DNA of 64,000 bases from Gammaproteobacteria bacterium (GTDB lineage Bacteria > Pseudomonadota > Gammaproteobacteria > Eutrophobiales > Eutrophobiaceae): the NCBI GenBank assembly GCA_965222155.1, contig CBDCTH010000012.1, positions 736,001-800,000 of the forward strand, written 5' to 3'. Position 1 is the first letter of the stretch; every line of letters starts with the position of its first letter. The translations under genes were made by a program, and so were the position numbers. Below, one piece after another: positions 40,049 through 49,902 of the stretch. Below the pieces are notes generated by a model. That model ran no database searches, was not told the DNA's origin, and saw nothing but the letters and a program-made list of their open reading frames with translations.

Positions 40049-40783
40049 ATGAGCCGTCCGGTTGATTTTGGTTACCAGAGAGTCTCGCCGGAAGAGAAAA
40101 CCCGGCGTGTGGACGAGGTCTTCAGCTCGGTTGCATTGCGCTATGACCTGATGAATGACCTGATGTCCTTCGGTATTCACAGGTTGTGGAAGTGCTTATG
40201 TAGTCATCTCGCCTGCTTGAGACCCGGTTCAACAGTCCTGGATGTAGCATCCGGGACGGGCGATCTGGCTGCTTTGTTGAAACAGGCAGGTTACGGCGTC
40301 GTCCTGTGCGACATTAACGAGGCCATGTTGAAATGCGGCAGGGATAAGCTGGTGGATAGGGGACTCATCAACGATATACACTGCGTACGCGCAGATGCGC
40401 AACAGCTCCCTTTTGCAGACAACAGCTTTGATTGTGTTACCCTTGCCTTCGGGTTGCGCAACATGACCGACAAGATGGCAGCGCTGCGCTCCATTCACGC
40501 CAAGCTGAAATACGGCAGCCCGGTTATTATCCTGGAGTTTTCCCGGGTGACTTCGGACTTGCTAAGACAAATTTATGATAAGTATTCGTTTCACGCGATC
40601 CCCGCCCTGGGAAAACTGGTCGTGAAAGACCCTGACAGTTATCAATACCTGGTCGAGTCGATCCGGATGCACCCTGACCAGGAAACCCTGAAAACCATGC
40701 TGCAGGATGCCGGATTTTCCCGGGTTGACTACCTGAATTTGTCTGACGGTATAGTCGCCCTGCATAAGGGGTATAAGTTATGA
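40049..40783 (+). CDS. ubiE: Ubiquinone/menaquinone C-methyltransferase
   Basis: YDLMNDLMSFGIHRLWK, LDVASGTGD, FGLRN, YLVESIRMHP. Confidence 0.95.
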   Translation: MSRPVDFGYQRVSPEEKTRRVDEVFSSVALRYDLMNDLMSFGIHRLWKCLCSHLACLRPGSTVLDVASGTGDLAALLKQAGYGVVLCDINEAMLKCGRDKLVDRGLINDIHCVRADAQQLPFADNSFDCVTLAFGLRNMTDKMAALRSIHAKLKYGSPVIILEFSRVTSDLLRQIYDKYSFHAIPALGKLVVKDPDSYQYLVESIRMHPDQETLKTMLQDAGFSRVDYLNLSDGIVALHKGYKL

Positions 40784-40819
40784 AAACTACGAAGTATCAT
40801 CATCGCGGTCTTCGAAAAC

Positions 40820-40920
40820 GGGTTCATGCAAGGTTTTCAGGACTCGCTGTGAATACGTCCATGTACGCTTACCAGCCGCTATCCTTGCGGCTGATAGTCC
40901 TGAAAACCTTACATGAACCC
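40820..40920. repeat. Palindromic element with 24/25-bp arms
   Basis: GGGTTCATGCAAGGTTTTCAGGACT ... AGTCCTGAAAACCTTACATGAACCC. Confidence 0.75.
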
Positions 40921-40977
40921 TTCGGTTGGCGGTTTGTTCACGGTTTTTTGTGTCCCCGGTAGTTTCGGAGCATCTTT

Positions 40978-41583
40978 TTGAAACCACTGGAACACCTGGT
41001 TAATCGGTTGTTGTCCCTGGACCGGGAAACTCTTGAAGAGCTGGCCGGGTTGTCGGGCAAGGTGGTGCAGGTAGAATTAATCAATACGACGCAGCCCGTC
41101 GTAAGCCTGATAATTGAAGAACAAGGCATTCAGGTTGATACGGATTATGCGGGAACGGGGGACGTCCTGATCCGGGGCACGCCACTTGACCTGCTGGTCT
41201 ATATGCGTTCATCCGGAGAGAGCAGGGTGGCCGTTACGGGAAATATGGAGATAAAGGGAGACCTGGGTCTGGCACAGGATATCCAACGTCTGCTGCACAG
41301 GCTTGAGATTGATTGGGAAGAACAGGCAGCGCGACTGGTTGGTGATACCCTGGCAAGGAAAGCATCCAATATCGCCAGGGCGGGCGTTGATTTTTTACGG
41401 CAGTTGAAAAATAAAATTGAGATGGATCTGAGTGAATACGCCTTGTACGAAACGGAAGTATTGCCTGACCGGGATGAAGTCGAGCGCTTCAATCATTCTG
41501 TGGATGTATTGCGCGATGATCTTGAACGCCTGAAGCAGCGATATTACAGGATATCCGCAGATGACGCAGATGAGCGCAGATAA
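40978..41583 (+). CDS. ubiJ: Ubiquinone biosynthesis accessory factor (SCP2 domain)
   Basis: Between ubiE and ubiB; IDWEE..ARLVGD, EYALYE. Confidence 0.88.
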   Translation: MKPLEHLVNRLLSLDRETLEELAGLSGKVVQVELINTTQPVVSLIIEEQGIQVDTDYAGTGDVLIRGTPLDLLVYMRSSGESRVAVTGNMEIKGDLGLAQDIQRLLHRLEIDWEEQAARLVGDTLARKASNIARAGVDFLRQLKNKIEMDLSEYALYETEVLPDRDEVERFNHSVDVLRDDLERLKQRYYRISADDADERR

Positions 41584-41620
41584 AATACTATCGTCATTCC
41601 AGCGCATGCTGGAATCCAGT
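41553..41620. repeat. Family B arm (ATCCGCAGATGACGCAGAT) followed by a family E REP
   Basis: Same B arm at about 53263, 56730, 56824. Confidence 0.72.
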
Positions 41621-41739
41621 CGAAAACATTATTCCTTATTGATGAGGAAGATCTGGTTTAGTGGATTCCTGCTCCCGGTAATAACTTTGAAGGGTAAGCT
41701 TCGCATGAATAACAGCAGGCACTAGTGTAATCAAGGTCA

Positions 41740-43398
41740 ATGATGGGTATAGGGCAGATATTCAGATTACTTACCATTCAACGCGTGTTATTGAAACACG
41801 GTTTGGATGAACTGGTCTTCACGTTGCATCTGTTCCGGTCGGTAAGATGGTTACAGCGCCTGTTGCCGTGGAACTGGTTCCGCAGGATAGAGGAACCCAG
41901 AGGTGTCAGGCTGCGCCTGGCCTTGCAGGATTTAGGTCCGATTTTTGTCAAGTTCGGTCAACAGTTATCAACCCGGCGCGATATGTTGCCGGACGACATC
42001 GCCGTGGAGTTGGCAAAGTTGCAGGACAAGGTCCCGCCGTTTCCCGGCAGTATAGCCAGGGAAATCATAGAACGGGCATTGGGCAAAAAGATCGAAGAAG
42101 TATTCCATGAATTTGATGAAATTCCGTTGGCTTCCGCGTCCGTAGCCCAGGTCCACGCCGCCTCATTCCAGGATGGCCGCGCGCTGATCGTCAAGGTCAT
42201 TCGTCCGGAGATAAACAAAGTAATACGGCGCGATCTTGACATCATCAATATTCTGGCTGAGACCCTTGAACGGTATTCCAGGGATGCGAGACGCTTGAAA
42301 CCCACGTCGGTCGTTGCGGAATTTGAGAAAACGCTGTTTGACGAGCTGGATTTAATGCGGGAAGCAGCCTCTGCATCCCAGTTACGGCGCAATTTTTCCG
42401 GCTCGGAAGTTTTGTACGTCCCCGAGATAGTCTGGGAATTGACGAACCGGGACGTGATGGTGATGGAACGCGTATCCGGAATACCCATCAGCGATGTGCC
42501 GGCCCTGGAAAAGGCGGGAGTGGACCTGAAATGGCTGGCTGAACGGGGTGTGGAGGTTTTTTTCACCCAGGTTTTCCGGGATGGTTTTTTCCATGCGGAT
42601 ATGCATCCCGGCAATATCTTTGTCCAGCCGGATAGTGCCGGGCATGCGCGCATCATGATGGTGGATTTCGGCATCATGAGTTCCCTGAGTGAATTTGATC
42701 AACGCTACCTGGCGGATAACTTTCTGGCTTTTTTACAGCGTAACTACCAGCGGGTTGCTGAATTGCATATCGAATCGGGCTGGGTCCCTCCCGGTACCAG
42801 GGTGGATGAGTTCGAGTTTGCCATTCGCACGGTCTGTGAACCGTTGTTTGACCGGCCCATCCGGGAAATCTCAATCGGTACACTGCTGCTGCGGCTGTTT
42901 CAAACGGCCCGGCGATTTAATATGGTCATACTGCCGCAACTGCTGTTGCTACAGAAAACCCTGGTCAACATCGAAGGCCTTGGTCGCCAGTTATACCCCG
43001 ACCTGGACCTTTGGGCCGCGGCCAAACCCATCATGCAACGCTGGCTGGATAGCCGTATGGGCTTCAGATCCATGCTGAAGGGCACCAGGGACAATGCCCC
43101 CTATTGGCTGAACCGGCTGCCGCAACTCCCGCATAAGCTCATGGATCTCGTCGAACGCTTGCAGGACGGCAGGCTTCAGGTGGAAGTGAAACACGGCAGC
43201 GACGAACTCCGCAGCGAAATCCGCAGGTACGGCAAAAGCAACGCCCGACTGGTTATCGGTTGCGCCCTGATACTGGCTGCGCTGGTATTCCATTTGATTG
43301 CCCCAGGCGTCTGGGTGATTAATGGTGTTCCACTATTAACGCTGTTATTAGGCGCAGCAGGCGGCTGGCTGGTCATTAAGGTATTGAGCGAACTGTAA
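41740..43398 (+). CDS. ubiB: Ubiquinone biosynthesis kinase-like protein
   Basis: LGPIFVKFGQ, ASASVAQVH, FFHADMHPGN, DFGI. Confidence 0.96.
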   Translation: MMGIGQIFRLLTIQRVLLKHGLDELVFTLHLFRSVRWLQRLLPWNWFRRIEEPRGVRLRLALQDLGPIFVKFGQQLSTRRDMLPDDIAVELAKLQDKVPPFPGSIAREIIERALGKKIEEVFHEFDEIPLASASVAQVHAASFQDGRALIVKVIRPEINKVIRRDLDIINILAETLERYSRDARRLKPTSVVAEFEKTLFDELDLMREAASASQLRRNFSGSEVLYVPEIVWELTNRDVMVMERVSGIPISDVPALEKAGVDLKWLAERGVEVFFTQVFRDGFFHADMHPGNIFVQPDSAGHARIMMVDFGIMSSLSEFDQRYLADNFLAFLQRNYQRVAELHIESGWVPPGTRVDEFEFAIRTVCEPLFDRPIREISIGTLLLRLFQTARRFNMVILPQLLLLQKTLVNIEGLGRQLYPDLDLWAAAKPIMQRWLDSRMGFRSMLKGTRDNAPYWLNRLPQLPHKLMDLVERLQDGRLQVEVKHGSDELRSEIRRYGKSNARLVIGCALILAALVFHLIAPGVWVINGVPLLTLLLGAAGGWLVIKVLSEL

Positions 43399-43417
43399 TC
43401 GGTAGTCCCCACTAACC

Positions 43418-43519
43418 GGGTTTTGGTGGCTGTTTGTCCGTTCCGAGGGCCATCCCCCTGCTTACGGCATGCAGGGGCAGGCTCTGGCGCTAGTCACGGA
43501 CAAACAGCCACCAAAACCC
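43418..43519. repeat. Palindromic element with perfect 23-bp arms between convergent genes
   Basis: GGGTTTTGGTGGCTGTTTGTCCG ... CGGACAAACAGCCACCAAAACCC. Confidence 0.75.
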
Positions 43520-43557
43520 TCTTCCGGTATAATCAGCAGGGGCTGCTGAACTGTAAT

Positions 43558-44064
43558 CTACTGGGACAGTTCAGACATCTCCCTGACCGCGTAGTGTCCG
43601 GTGAAATCCACGACCTGGTCATGTGCGTCGTATACCTTGGTGGTCAGGGTGATTTTAGCTTTTTTACCGTTTGCAAGAGTGGTAAAGAACTCTCCGATAT
43701 CGTCCTGTTGCAGGGCATTGCAAAGCGCGTAAAAATCTCCTGTCGCCGGTTTGCTGTAGTTTATTTCTCCTTTATAGACGGCGATGTCGGCGTTGATCCC
43801 GTGTTCTACCAGTTTCAGGAACAGCAGGCTCCAGCCGCACAGAACGGCAATGGTATAGGAACTGCCGGCGAAAATCGTCTGCTTGTCATTCAGGTTGGAT
43901 GCGCCCGGTGCGCTCAGCCTCAGTTGCGCACCATCATAGCTGACGGCCTTTATACCCATGGCCCGGGTTATTGGGACAGATTGCTCCAGCGTGTAATTAA
44001 GCTGTTCAAGCAGCTCGAATTCAGGTTTTAAAAGAGGTTTATCTGCCGGCGGTATCATCCCCAT
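43558..44064 (-). CDS. YiiD C-terminal-like thioesterase-fold protein
   Basis: PITRAMG, NLNDKQTIFAGS, CGW, YSKP. Confidence 0.82.
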   Translation of the reverse strand: MGMIPPADKPLLKPEFELLEQLNYTLEQSVPITRAMGIKAVSYDGAQLRLSAPGASNLNDKQTIFAGSSYTIAVLCGWSLLFLKLVEHGINADIAVYKGEINYSKPATGDFYALCNALQQDDIGEFFTTLANGKKAKITLTTKVYDAHDQVVDFTGHYAVREMSELSQ

Positions 44065-44074
44065 GTCTCTCTGT

Positions 44075-44235
44075 CGTCATTCCGGCGAATGCCGGAATCC
44101 AGTCGACAGGTTATTCCATAATACGGAATTTTGCTTACTGGATTCCGGCATTCGCCGGAATGACGATTCATATTTGTTGATTGGATTCCGGCATTCGCCG
44201 GAATGACGGTTCATATTTGTTGATTGGCTTCCGGC
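44075..44235. repeat. Family E REP cluster: inverted pair plus 43-bp tandem duplication
   Basis: CGTCATTCCGGCGAATGCCGGAATCCAG and reverse copies at 44139, 44182, partial 44225. Confidence 0.85.
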
Positions 44236-44244
44236 GCTAAGCCT

Positions 44245-45558
44245 TCACTCCGGCCCGGCCGTCAATATCTGCAGGCTTTTCAGCACGTTAAGGGCTTGCT
44301 GCAGGGTATAGTCATCCAATAACCGCGCCTTGATCTGTGCTGCCGTATCTTCATCACCATTCGTTGTTTCCTGCTGAGTATCATCTTGCGTATTGTTATC
44401 CAGGTGCCTGTTCAGGTTTTCCTCCGTTATTATGTGTGTGTCTTCATCTTCCAGGGATTCTACCTTGACCCGGGCTATGACGACGTCGGGTTCTATTCCC
44501 GAAACCTGGATGGAACGGCCTGAAGGCGTGAAATAGCGCGCAGTTGTCAATTTCAGCGCGGCAGCATTTGATATGGGCAATACCGTTTGGACGGAACCCT
44601 TGCCGAAGGTCTTCTGCCCCATGATGACTCCGCGCTTGTGATCCTGGAGGGCGCCTGCCACGATTTCCGAGGCGGAAGCGGAACCGGCGTTTACCAGGAC
44701 CACAATAGGTGTATTTTCCAGAATGTCTGCCGGCTTTGCGTTGAATTTTAATCTTGAATCATCAATGCGGCCTTCCGTGTATACAATCAGGCCCTTGTCC
44801 AGGAACAGGTCGGAAATGCCGACAGCAGCGCTGAGAATGCCGCCGGGATTGTTCCTGAGGTCCAGGATAAGCCCATTCAGGTTGCCGTTATTGTCTTGCT
44901 TCAATTGTTGCACACCGGCTCTTGCGTCCTCCGCCGTGCGGGATTGAAAGTGTGAGATGCGCAAGTATCCAAAACCCGGTTCCAGGGTTTGTGTTCTGAC
45001 ACTTTTCACTTTTATCACATCCCTGGTAATGGTAATTTTCAGCGGTTTTTCCTCGCCTTCCCTGATAATTGTCAGGGTGATATCGGTGCCGGGTTTTCCC
45101 CGCATACGCGCAACTGCATCATTTAATGACAGCCCTTTTACCGGCGTCTCATCCAGGCGAATGACCAGGTCACCGGATTGCAGCCCTGCTTTTTGGGCAG
45201 GCGTATCATCAATAGGTGAGATGACTTTAATAAATCCATCTTCCATGCTCACTTCAATACCCAGGCCGCCAAATTCTCCCGATGTTCCTTCCTGCAAATC
45301 CAAGTAGGCATCTTCGTCAAGATAAGATGAATGGGGATCCAGACCTTCCAGCATTCCCTTAATTGCGTGTTCCAGGAGAACGCCGTCCTCCACATCTTCC
45401 ACGTAGTCTTTTTTTATCTTGGCGAATACCTCTGCAAAAGTCCTGATCTGATCTACAGGTAATTCCCCGGTTTCAGGTCCTGGGACTTGTTCGGCATGGA
45501 CGTACTGGCCGGTGAAAAGTAAGGCGATGATGACTGCTTTTACAGAGTTTATATTCAT
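44245..45558 (-). CDS. ctpA: S41 carboxy-terminal processing protease
   Basis: LDPHS, GGLGIEV PDZ, DLRNNPGG, SASASEIV, TFGKGSVQ. Confidence 0.94.
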   Translation of the reverse strand: MNINSVKAVIIALLFTGQYVHAEQVPGPETGELPVDQIRTFAEVFAKIKKDYVEDVEDGVLLEHAIKGMLEGLDPHSSYLDEDAYLDLQEGTSGEFGGLGIEVSMEDGFIKVISPIDDTPAQKAGLQSGDLVIRLDETPVKGLSLNDAVARMRGKPGTDITLTIIREGEEKPLKITITRDVIKVKSVRTQTLEPGFGYLRISHFQSRTAEDARAGVQQLKQDNNGNLNGLILDLRNNPGGILSAAVGISDLFLDKGLIVYTEGRIDDSRLKFNAKPADILENTPIVVLVNAGSASASEIVAGALQDHKRGVIMGQKTFGKGSVQTVLPISNAAALKLTTARYFTPSGRSIQVSGIEPDVVIARVKVESLEDEDTHIITEENLNRHLDNNTQDDTQQETTNGDEDTAAQIKARLLDDYTLQQALNVLKSLQILTAGPE

Positions 45559-45574
45559 ATTGTTCGCTTATATA

Positions 45575-46732
45575 TTAGCCCCTACACCACAAAGAGGGAT
45601 TCAGCGGGCTCCCCTCCCGCCTGATCTCAAAATAAAGGCCGGGATATTTCTGGCCTCCGGTATCTCCGGTTCTTGCAATGGGATTATTCTTGCCGACCCG
45701 GTCCCCCGTTTTCTTCAGTAAAACTTCATTATATCCGTATAAACTCATAAAACCGTCACCATGGTCCAGGATTAACAGCAAACCCAGATTTCTGAACCAG
45801 TCCGCGTAGACAACCGTACCTGAACTGACTGCATGCACTTCGGTTCCGGCTGCAGAGGTAAAGGTGATCCCTTGTGATTTCAGTTTTCCGCCTTTTCTGA
45901 ATTCTCCATAACGACTTGTTATTTTACCACGTACCGGCCATCTTAATTTTCCCTTCAGGCTGGCAAATGGTGGTTCGTCTTTATATATATCCTCACTGGG
46001 CTTCAGGTTACTGAGTAATGCTGCCAGTTCCCGTTCCGTTTTCACCAGGAGCTGTAATTGCCTGTCCTGGTCGTCGATGAAGCGCCTTGATCCGGCAAGC
46101 AATTTCTCCCGGTCCTTACGGTATGCGTCTAATTCTGCGAGTTTCCCTTTCTTGCCCGCTCGCAGGGAAATCAATTCCTCCGTATCACCATTTATTTTTT
46201 CCTGCAATGCCTGCTGTCGTTCCTGCGCAAGCATGATTGCATCTATCCTTTTTGCCCTGGCCCGGTTGTAATAGTCATGGTAGGCCAGGACTCTGCCGAA
46301 CAGTGGCGGATCTTCCTGGTTAAGGAGCAACTTGATGTAATCATTCCTGCCGGTCCGGTACATGGCGCGCACTTGTTCGGACAACAGGTTTTTTTCCTGC
46401 CACAGGTTTTCACCAAGTTGCTTAAGTTCCTTGTTCAGCGCTTCCAACCTGGCCTGTCTGGTGCTGATTGCAGAGTTGATCTGCCTGACAGACATGGTTA
46501 TTTCAGCGGCAGCGATTTCGTACTTCTGCAGCTCTGCCAGCATTTTTTCAAGCTCGTTTTCTGCTGACTTGATCCTGGATTGAACAGTCTTGATCTGCGA
46601 CTTAACAGACTCGATTTCGTTTTCCGTAGCAGTAGTGTCGGCTGCCCGGCATAAAGGTGCGAGTATCAGGCAGAGTGCGATAAAAAACCATACTGGTATG
46701 GATAATCTTGTCAGGGCTTGCACAGTCAACAC
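45575..46732 (-). CDS. envC: Murein hydrolase activator EnvC
   Basis: Coiled coil plus degenerate M23 domain; gpmI-envC-ctpA synteny. Confidence 0.9.
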   Translation of the reverse strand: MLTVQALTRLSIPVWFFIALCLILAPLCRAADTTATENEIESVKSQIKTVQSRIKSAENELEKMLAELQKYEIAAAEITMSVRQINSAISTRQARLEALNKELKQLGENLWQEKNLLSEQVRAMYRTGRNDYIKLLLNQEDPPLFGRVLAYHDYYNRARAKRIDAIMLAQERQQALQEKINGDTEELISLRAGKKGKLAELDAYRKDREKLLAGSRRFIDDQDRQLQLLVKTERELAALLSNLKPSEDIYKDEPPFASLKGKLRWPVRGKITSRYGEFRKGGKLKSQGITFTSAAGTEVHAVSSGTVVYADWFRNLGLLLILDHGDGFMSLYGYNEVLLKKTGDRVGKNNPIARTGDTGGQKYPGLYFEIRREGSPLNPSLWCRG

Positions 46733-48288
46733 AGTCTGAACAGGGCATTGCCGGTCATTTCTTCCGGTTTTTCCATACCCATGATATGCAACATTGTCGG
46801 GACAACGTCACACAACGCCGCGGTGGTGCTGGGCGCCACTTCGGCGGGACGGCCAACATAGATCAGTGGTACCGGGTTGCCGGTATGAGCCGTATGTGCG
46901 TGTTCCCTGACTTTTTCCGTGATGAATGAACGCATTTGCTCAGCGTTGCCGTGGTCGGACGTTATCAGTATTTCTCCGCCGACGCGCCGGGTCTGGTCGA
47001 CAATTTTTCCGATACATGAATCAATGGTTTCAACGGCTTTGACTGCCGCAGCGAAGTTTCCTGTATGGCCTACCATATCTGCATTGGCAAAATTGCAGAT
47101 GATTACATCGTATTTTTGTGCGGAAATCACTGCCAGCAGGTGGTCCGTGACTTCAACTGCACTCATCTCCGGACACAGGTCATAGGTTGCCACATGGGGA
47201 GACGGTACCAGTATCCGGTCCTCGTCCTTAAATAGCTGCTCCTCGCCGCCGTTGAAGAAAAAAGTAACGTGGGCGTATTTTTCCGTTTCCGCTATGCGTA
47301 ATTGCTTCATACCTGAGTTTGCCAGGTATTCACCCAGCACATTTTTTATATGGGCAGGCGGGAACAGAACCGGAAAATCAAAGTCCGCCTTGTATTCGGT
47401 CATACTGATGAACGCAGTCAAATCAACAGGTTTTCCACGAGGAAAACCATTAAAATCAGCCACTGTGAACGCCTCGGCCAACTGCCTCGCCCGGTCTGCC
47501 CGATAGTTGCTGAAAATAACCATGTCGCCCTGCTCGACCCGGGCAGCCGTACCGTCACGCTGTACAATAGCGGTGGGTTTCACGAATTCGTCCGTTTCAC
47601 CGCGGGCATACGCCATGTCCACGGCGATAAATGCGTCAACCGACTGGAATTCAGCCTCGGCGTCAGTGATCAGGTTGTACGCGAGTTGAGTCCTGTCCCA
47701 ATGATTATTGCGGTCCATAGCGTAATAACGGCCTATTATGCCGGCAAAGCGGCCTTTGCCAAGTTCCAGCATCTTCAAATATGCTTCATCCAGATACTCT
47801 TCAGCGCTCTTTGGCGGCGTATCTCTGCCGTCAAGGAAGGCGTGCAGGTAGATTTCCCTAACGTCGTAAGCAGCAGCAAATTCCAACAGGGCAAATATAT
47901 GTTCCTGGTGATTATGTACCCCTCCCGGGGACAACAGTCCCATTATATGGACTGCGCGGCGTTTCTCTGCGGTCGTAGCCAGCGCGTCTTTCAATACCTG
48001 GTTGTGGAAGAATGACCTGTTTTCTACCGCCTTCATGATACGGGTGAATTCCTGATCGACTATTCGCCCCGAACCGATATTCATGTGGCCTGTTTCCGAG
48101 TTGCCCATTTGGCTGGCAGGCAGGCCCACATCCATTCCGGACGCGTTTAACAGGGTATGCGGATAGTTGTCCCACAAGTAGTCCCAGGCAGGTTTTCTGG
48201 CGCTGTGAATCGCATTGTAGGCGGTATTCTCCGAATAGCCCCAGCCATCAAGAATAATCAGCACCATTGGACGATGAGATGTGTGCAT
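46726..48288 (-). CDS. gpmI: Cofactor-independent phosphoglycerate mutase
   Basis: ILDGWG, MGNSETGH, DGRD, AETEKYAHVT, DMVGH, DHGNAE. Confidence 0.97.
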   Translation of the reverse strand: MHTSHRPMVLIILDGWGYSENTAYNAIHSARKPAWDYLWDNYPHTLLNASGMDVGLPASQMGNSETGHMNIGSGRIVDQEFTRIMKAVENRSFFHNQVLKDALATTAEKRRAVHIMGLLSPGGVHNHQEHIFALLEFAAAYDVREIYLHAFLDGRDTPPKSAEEYLDEAYLKMLELGKGRFAGIIGRYYAMDRNNHWDRTQLAYNLITDAEAEFQSVDAFIAVDMAYARGETDEFVKPTAIVQRDGTAARVEQGDMVIFSNYRADRARQLAEAFTVADFNGFPRGKPVDLTAFISMTEYKADFDFPVLFPPAHIKNVLGEYLANSGMKQLRIAETEKYAHVTFFFNGGEEQLFKDEDRILVPSPHVATYDLCPEMSAVEVTDHLLAVISAQKYDVIICNFANADMVGHTGNFAAAVKAVETIDSCIGKIVDQTRRVGGEILITSDHGNAEQMRSFITEKVREHAHTAHTGNPVPLIYVGRPAEVAPSTTAALCDVVPTMLHIMGMEKPEEMTGNALFRLC

Positions 48289-48374
48289 AGTTGCCGGAGA
48301 TTCAGTTTTGGATATCAACCAACAGGAAAAAACTGCATTTTACCAGAAACAGATAACGAGAAAACAGGACAAAT

Positions 48375-48760
48375 TTTTGGCCACAGAGAACACAGAGCTA
48401 TGGTAGCCCGGATTTCTCACCAGGTCGCTTGTTGCTATCGGGAACATATTTACCGTCAATAAGTTATAGTAATCTTCTGACTATTTCGTCATGACAGACT
48501 GCGCTTGATGCGCCCTCGCTTGTCTTTTTGCCGCCAGCGGGCACGTGCTCCCTCAACCGTAGCTATGGCTATGCTTTCGGTCGCAGGCACCCGCTGGCGG
48601 CAAAAATCCGGCGCGATCATCGCATCACCTGGTGAGAAATCCGGGCTAGCTTTACTTCATCGCATGTTTACACAGGCATTTCAAGACCCGCTGTGGATAT
48701 ACTCTTGTTTCCCCTATCGCATCTTTAAACTTGCATCACTCTGTGTCCTCTGTGGCAAAA
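48375..48760. repeat. CCACAGAGGACACAGAG-family element hosting the MITE
   Basis: Left arm CCACAGAGAACACAGAG at 48381, right arm CTCTGTGTCCTCTGTGG at 48740; single arms at about 21208 and 53160. Confidence 0.7.
48404..48648. mobile_element. MITE family A copy 2 (245 bp)
   Basis: Perfect TIR TAGCCCGGATTTCTCACCAGG. Confidence 0.87.
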
Positions 48761-48826
48761 AAATAAATCTGCCCCCTGTTTTCTGTATAATTCACTGCTA
48801 CCTGATACCTGTTGCCTATTAGTTGA

Positions 48827-49252
48827 ATGGAACGATTACCTGAATTCATTGCCAATCACCTGGGGTTGGCGTCTTTGTTTGTTGCTATCCTGGCCTTGCT
48901 GTTATGGAATATCTTCGGCTCTTCGTTGTCCGGTCTTTCCCGGATCGGGCCTGCGGAAGTCACACGTTTGCTCAACCATGAAAAAGCGCTGTTGCTCGAT
49001 TTGCGCACGGCTGGCGATTTCTCTTCGGGGCATATCCTGAGTGCGCGCAGCATCCCTGCTGCGGAGTTGGAGGACAGGCATAAAGAACTGCAAAAGCACA
49101 AAACGAATCCCGTAATTTTATGTTGCAGTCGCGACTCGGACGGTATAAAGGCGGGCCGCATCCTGAAGATTGCCGGATATGAGAAGATTTATTCATTAAA
49201 AGGTGGATTTGAATCCTGGCGTAGCGCAAGCTTACCGATCACCCGCGAATAG
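48827..49252 (+). CDS. Rhodanese-like protein (YibN-like)
   Basis: N-terminal TM helix, DLR...GHI, LKGG..SW; precedes secB. Confidence 0.9.
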   Translation: MERLPEFIANHLGLASLFVAILALLLWNIFGSSLSGLSRIGPAEVTRLLNHEKALLLDLRTAGDFSSGHILSARSIPAAELEDRHKELQKHKTNPVILCCSRDSDGIKAGRILKIAGYEKIYSLKGGFESWRSASLPITRE

Positions 49253-49290
49253 ATATTTGACCCCAAATATCCGGGTTAAGGAGAAAACTG

Positions 49291-49779
49291 ATGGCAGACG
49301 AGCAGGAAAACAATCAGCCGGCAACTACAGGTTCGAACCTGCGCGGGCAGTTTGAAATTCAAAAGGTTTACGTGAAGAACATCTCGCTGGAGACTCCCAA
49401 CTCTCCGCAGATATTCCGGGAACAGTTGAAACCGTCCGTTCACATGGATATTGCCAACTCGGCAGATGAACTGGGTGATAACCTGTATGAAGTGACCCTG
49501 TCCGTCACGGCGACGGTAAGTCATGGAGACAAGACGGTGTACCTGGTAGAGGTGCAGCAGGCCGGCATTTTTCTCATGGCCGATTTCCCCAGGGAGATCA
49601 TCGGTCGTATGGTGGCGACTGTGTGTCCGAATATCCTGTTTCCGTTTGTCCGTGAAATAGTGTCCGACCTGGTCATTCGGGCAGGCTTTCCCCAACTGTT
49701 GCTGGCGCCGGTAAATTTTGACGCCTTGTATGCGCAGCACCAGCAGAAAGTGGCTGCCGAGAAAAAAATACAGCATTGA
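49291..49779 (+). CDS. secB: Protein export chaperone SecB
   Basis: IQKVYVKNISLETP, EVQQAGIF, CPNILFPF, PVNFDALY. Confidence 0.97.
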   Translation: MADEQENNQPATTGSNLRGQFEIQKVYVKNISLETPNSPQIFREQLKPSVHMDIANSADELGDNLYEVTLSVTATVSHGDKTVYLVEVQQAGIFLMADFPREIIGRMVATVCPNILFPFVREIVSDLVIRAGFPQLLLAPVNFDALYAQHQQKVAAEKKIQH

Positions 49780-49831
49780 GCGAAGCCTGTATATCGTACC
49801 AATGGATGCGATGACTAATCGTATTGTTAAA

Positions 49832-49856
49832 GGGGACGGAATTCAATTCCGTCCCC
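49832..49856. repeat. REP family C (GGGGACGGA...TCCGTCCCC)
   Basis: Also at 54404, 55719, 57189, degenerate 37549. Confidence 0.8.
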
Positions 49857-49902
49857 GTGCTGCAATAAAATAATTTCCATTGATGACAGGCGACGGTGCG
49901 AT

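Noticed and set aside
40780-40962. 60-aa ORF between ubiE and ubiJ
   Set aside because: Runs through a palindromic repeat and has no protein-like features
44139-44235. Possible mini CRISPR array
   Set aside because: Intervening sequences are near-identical (43-bp tandem duplication), the repeat is a dispersed REP, and no cas genes are present
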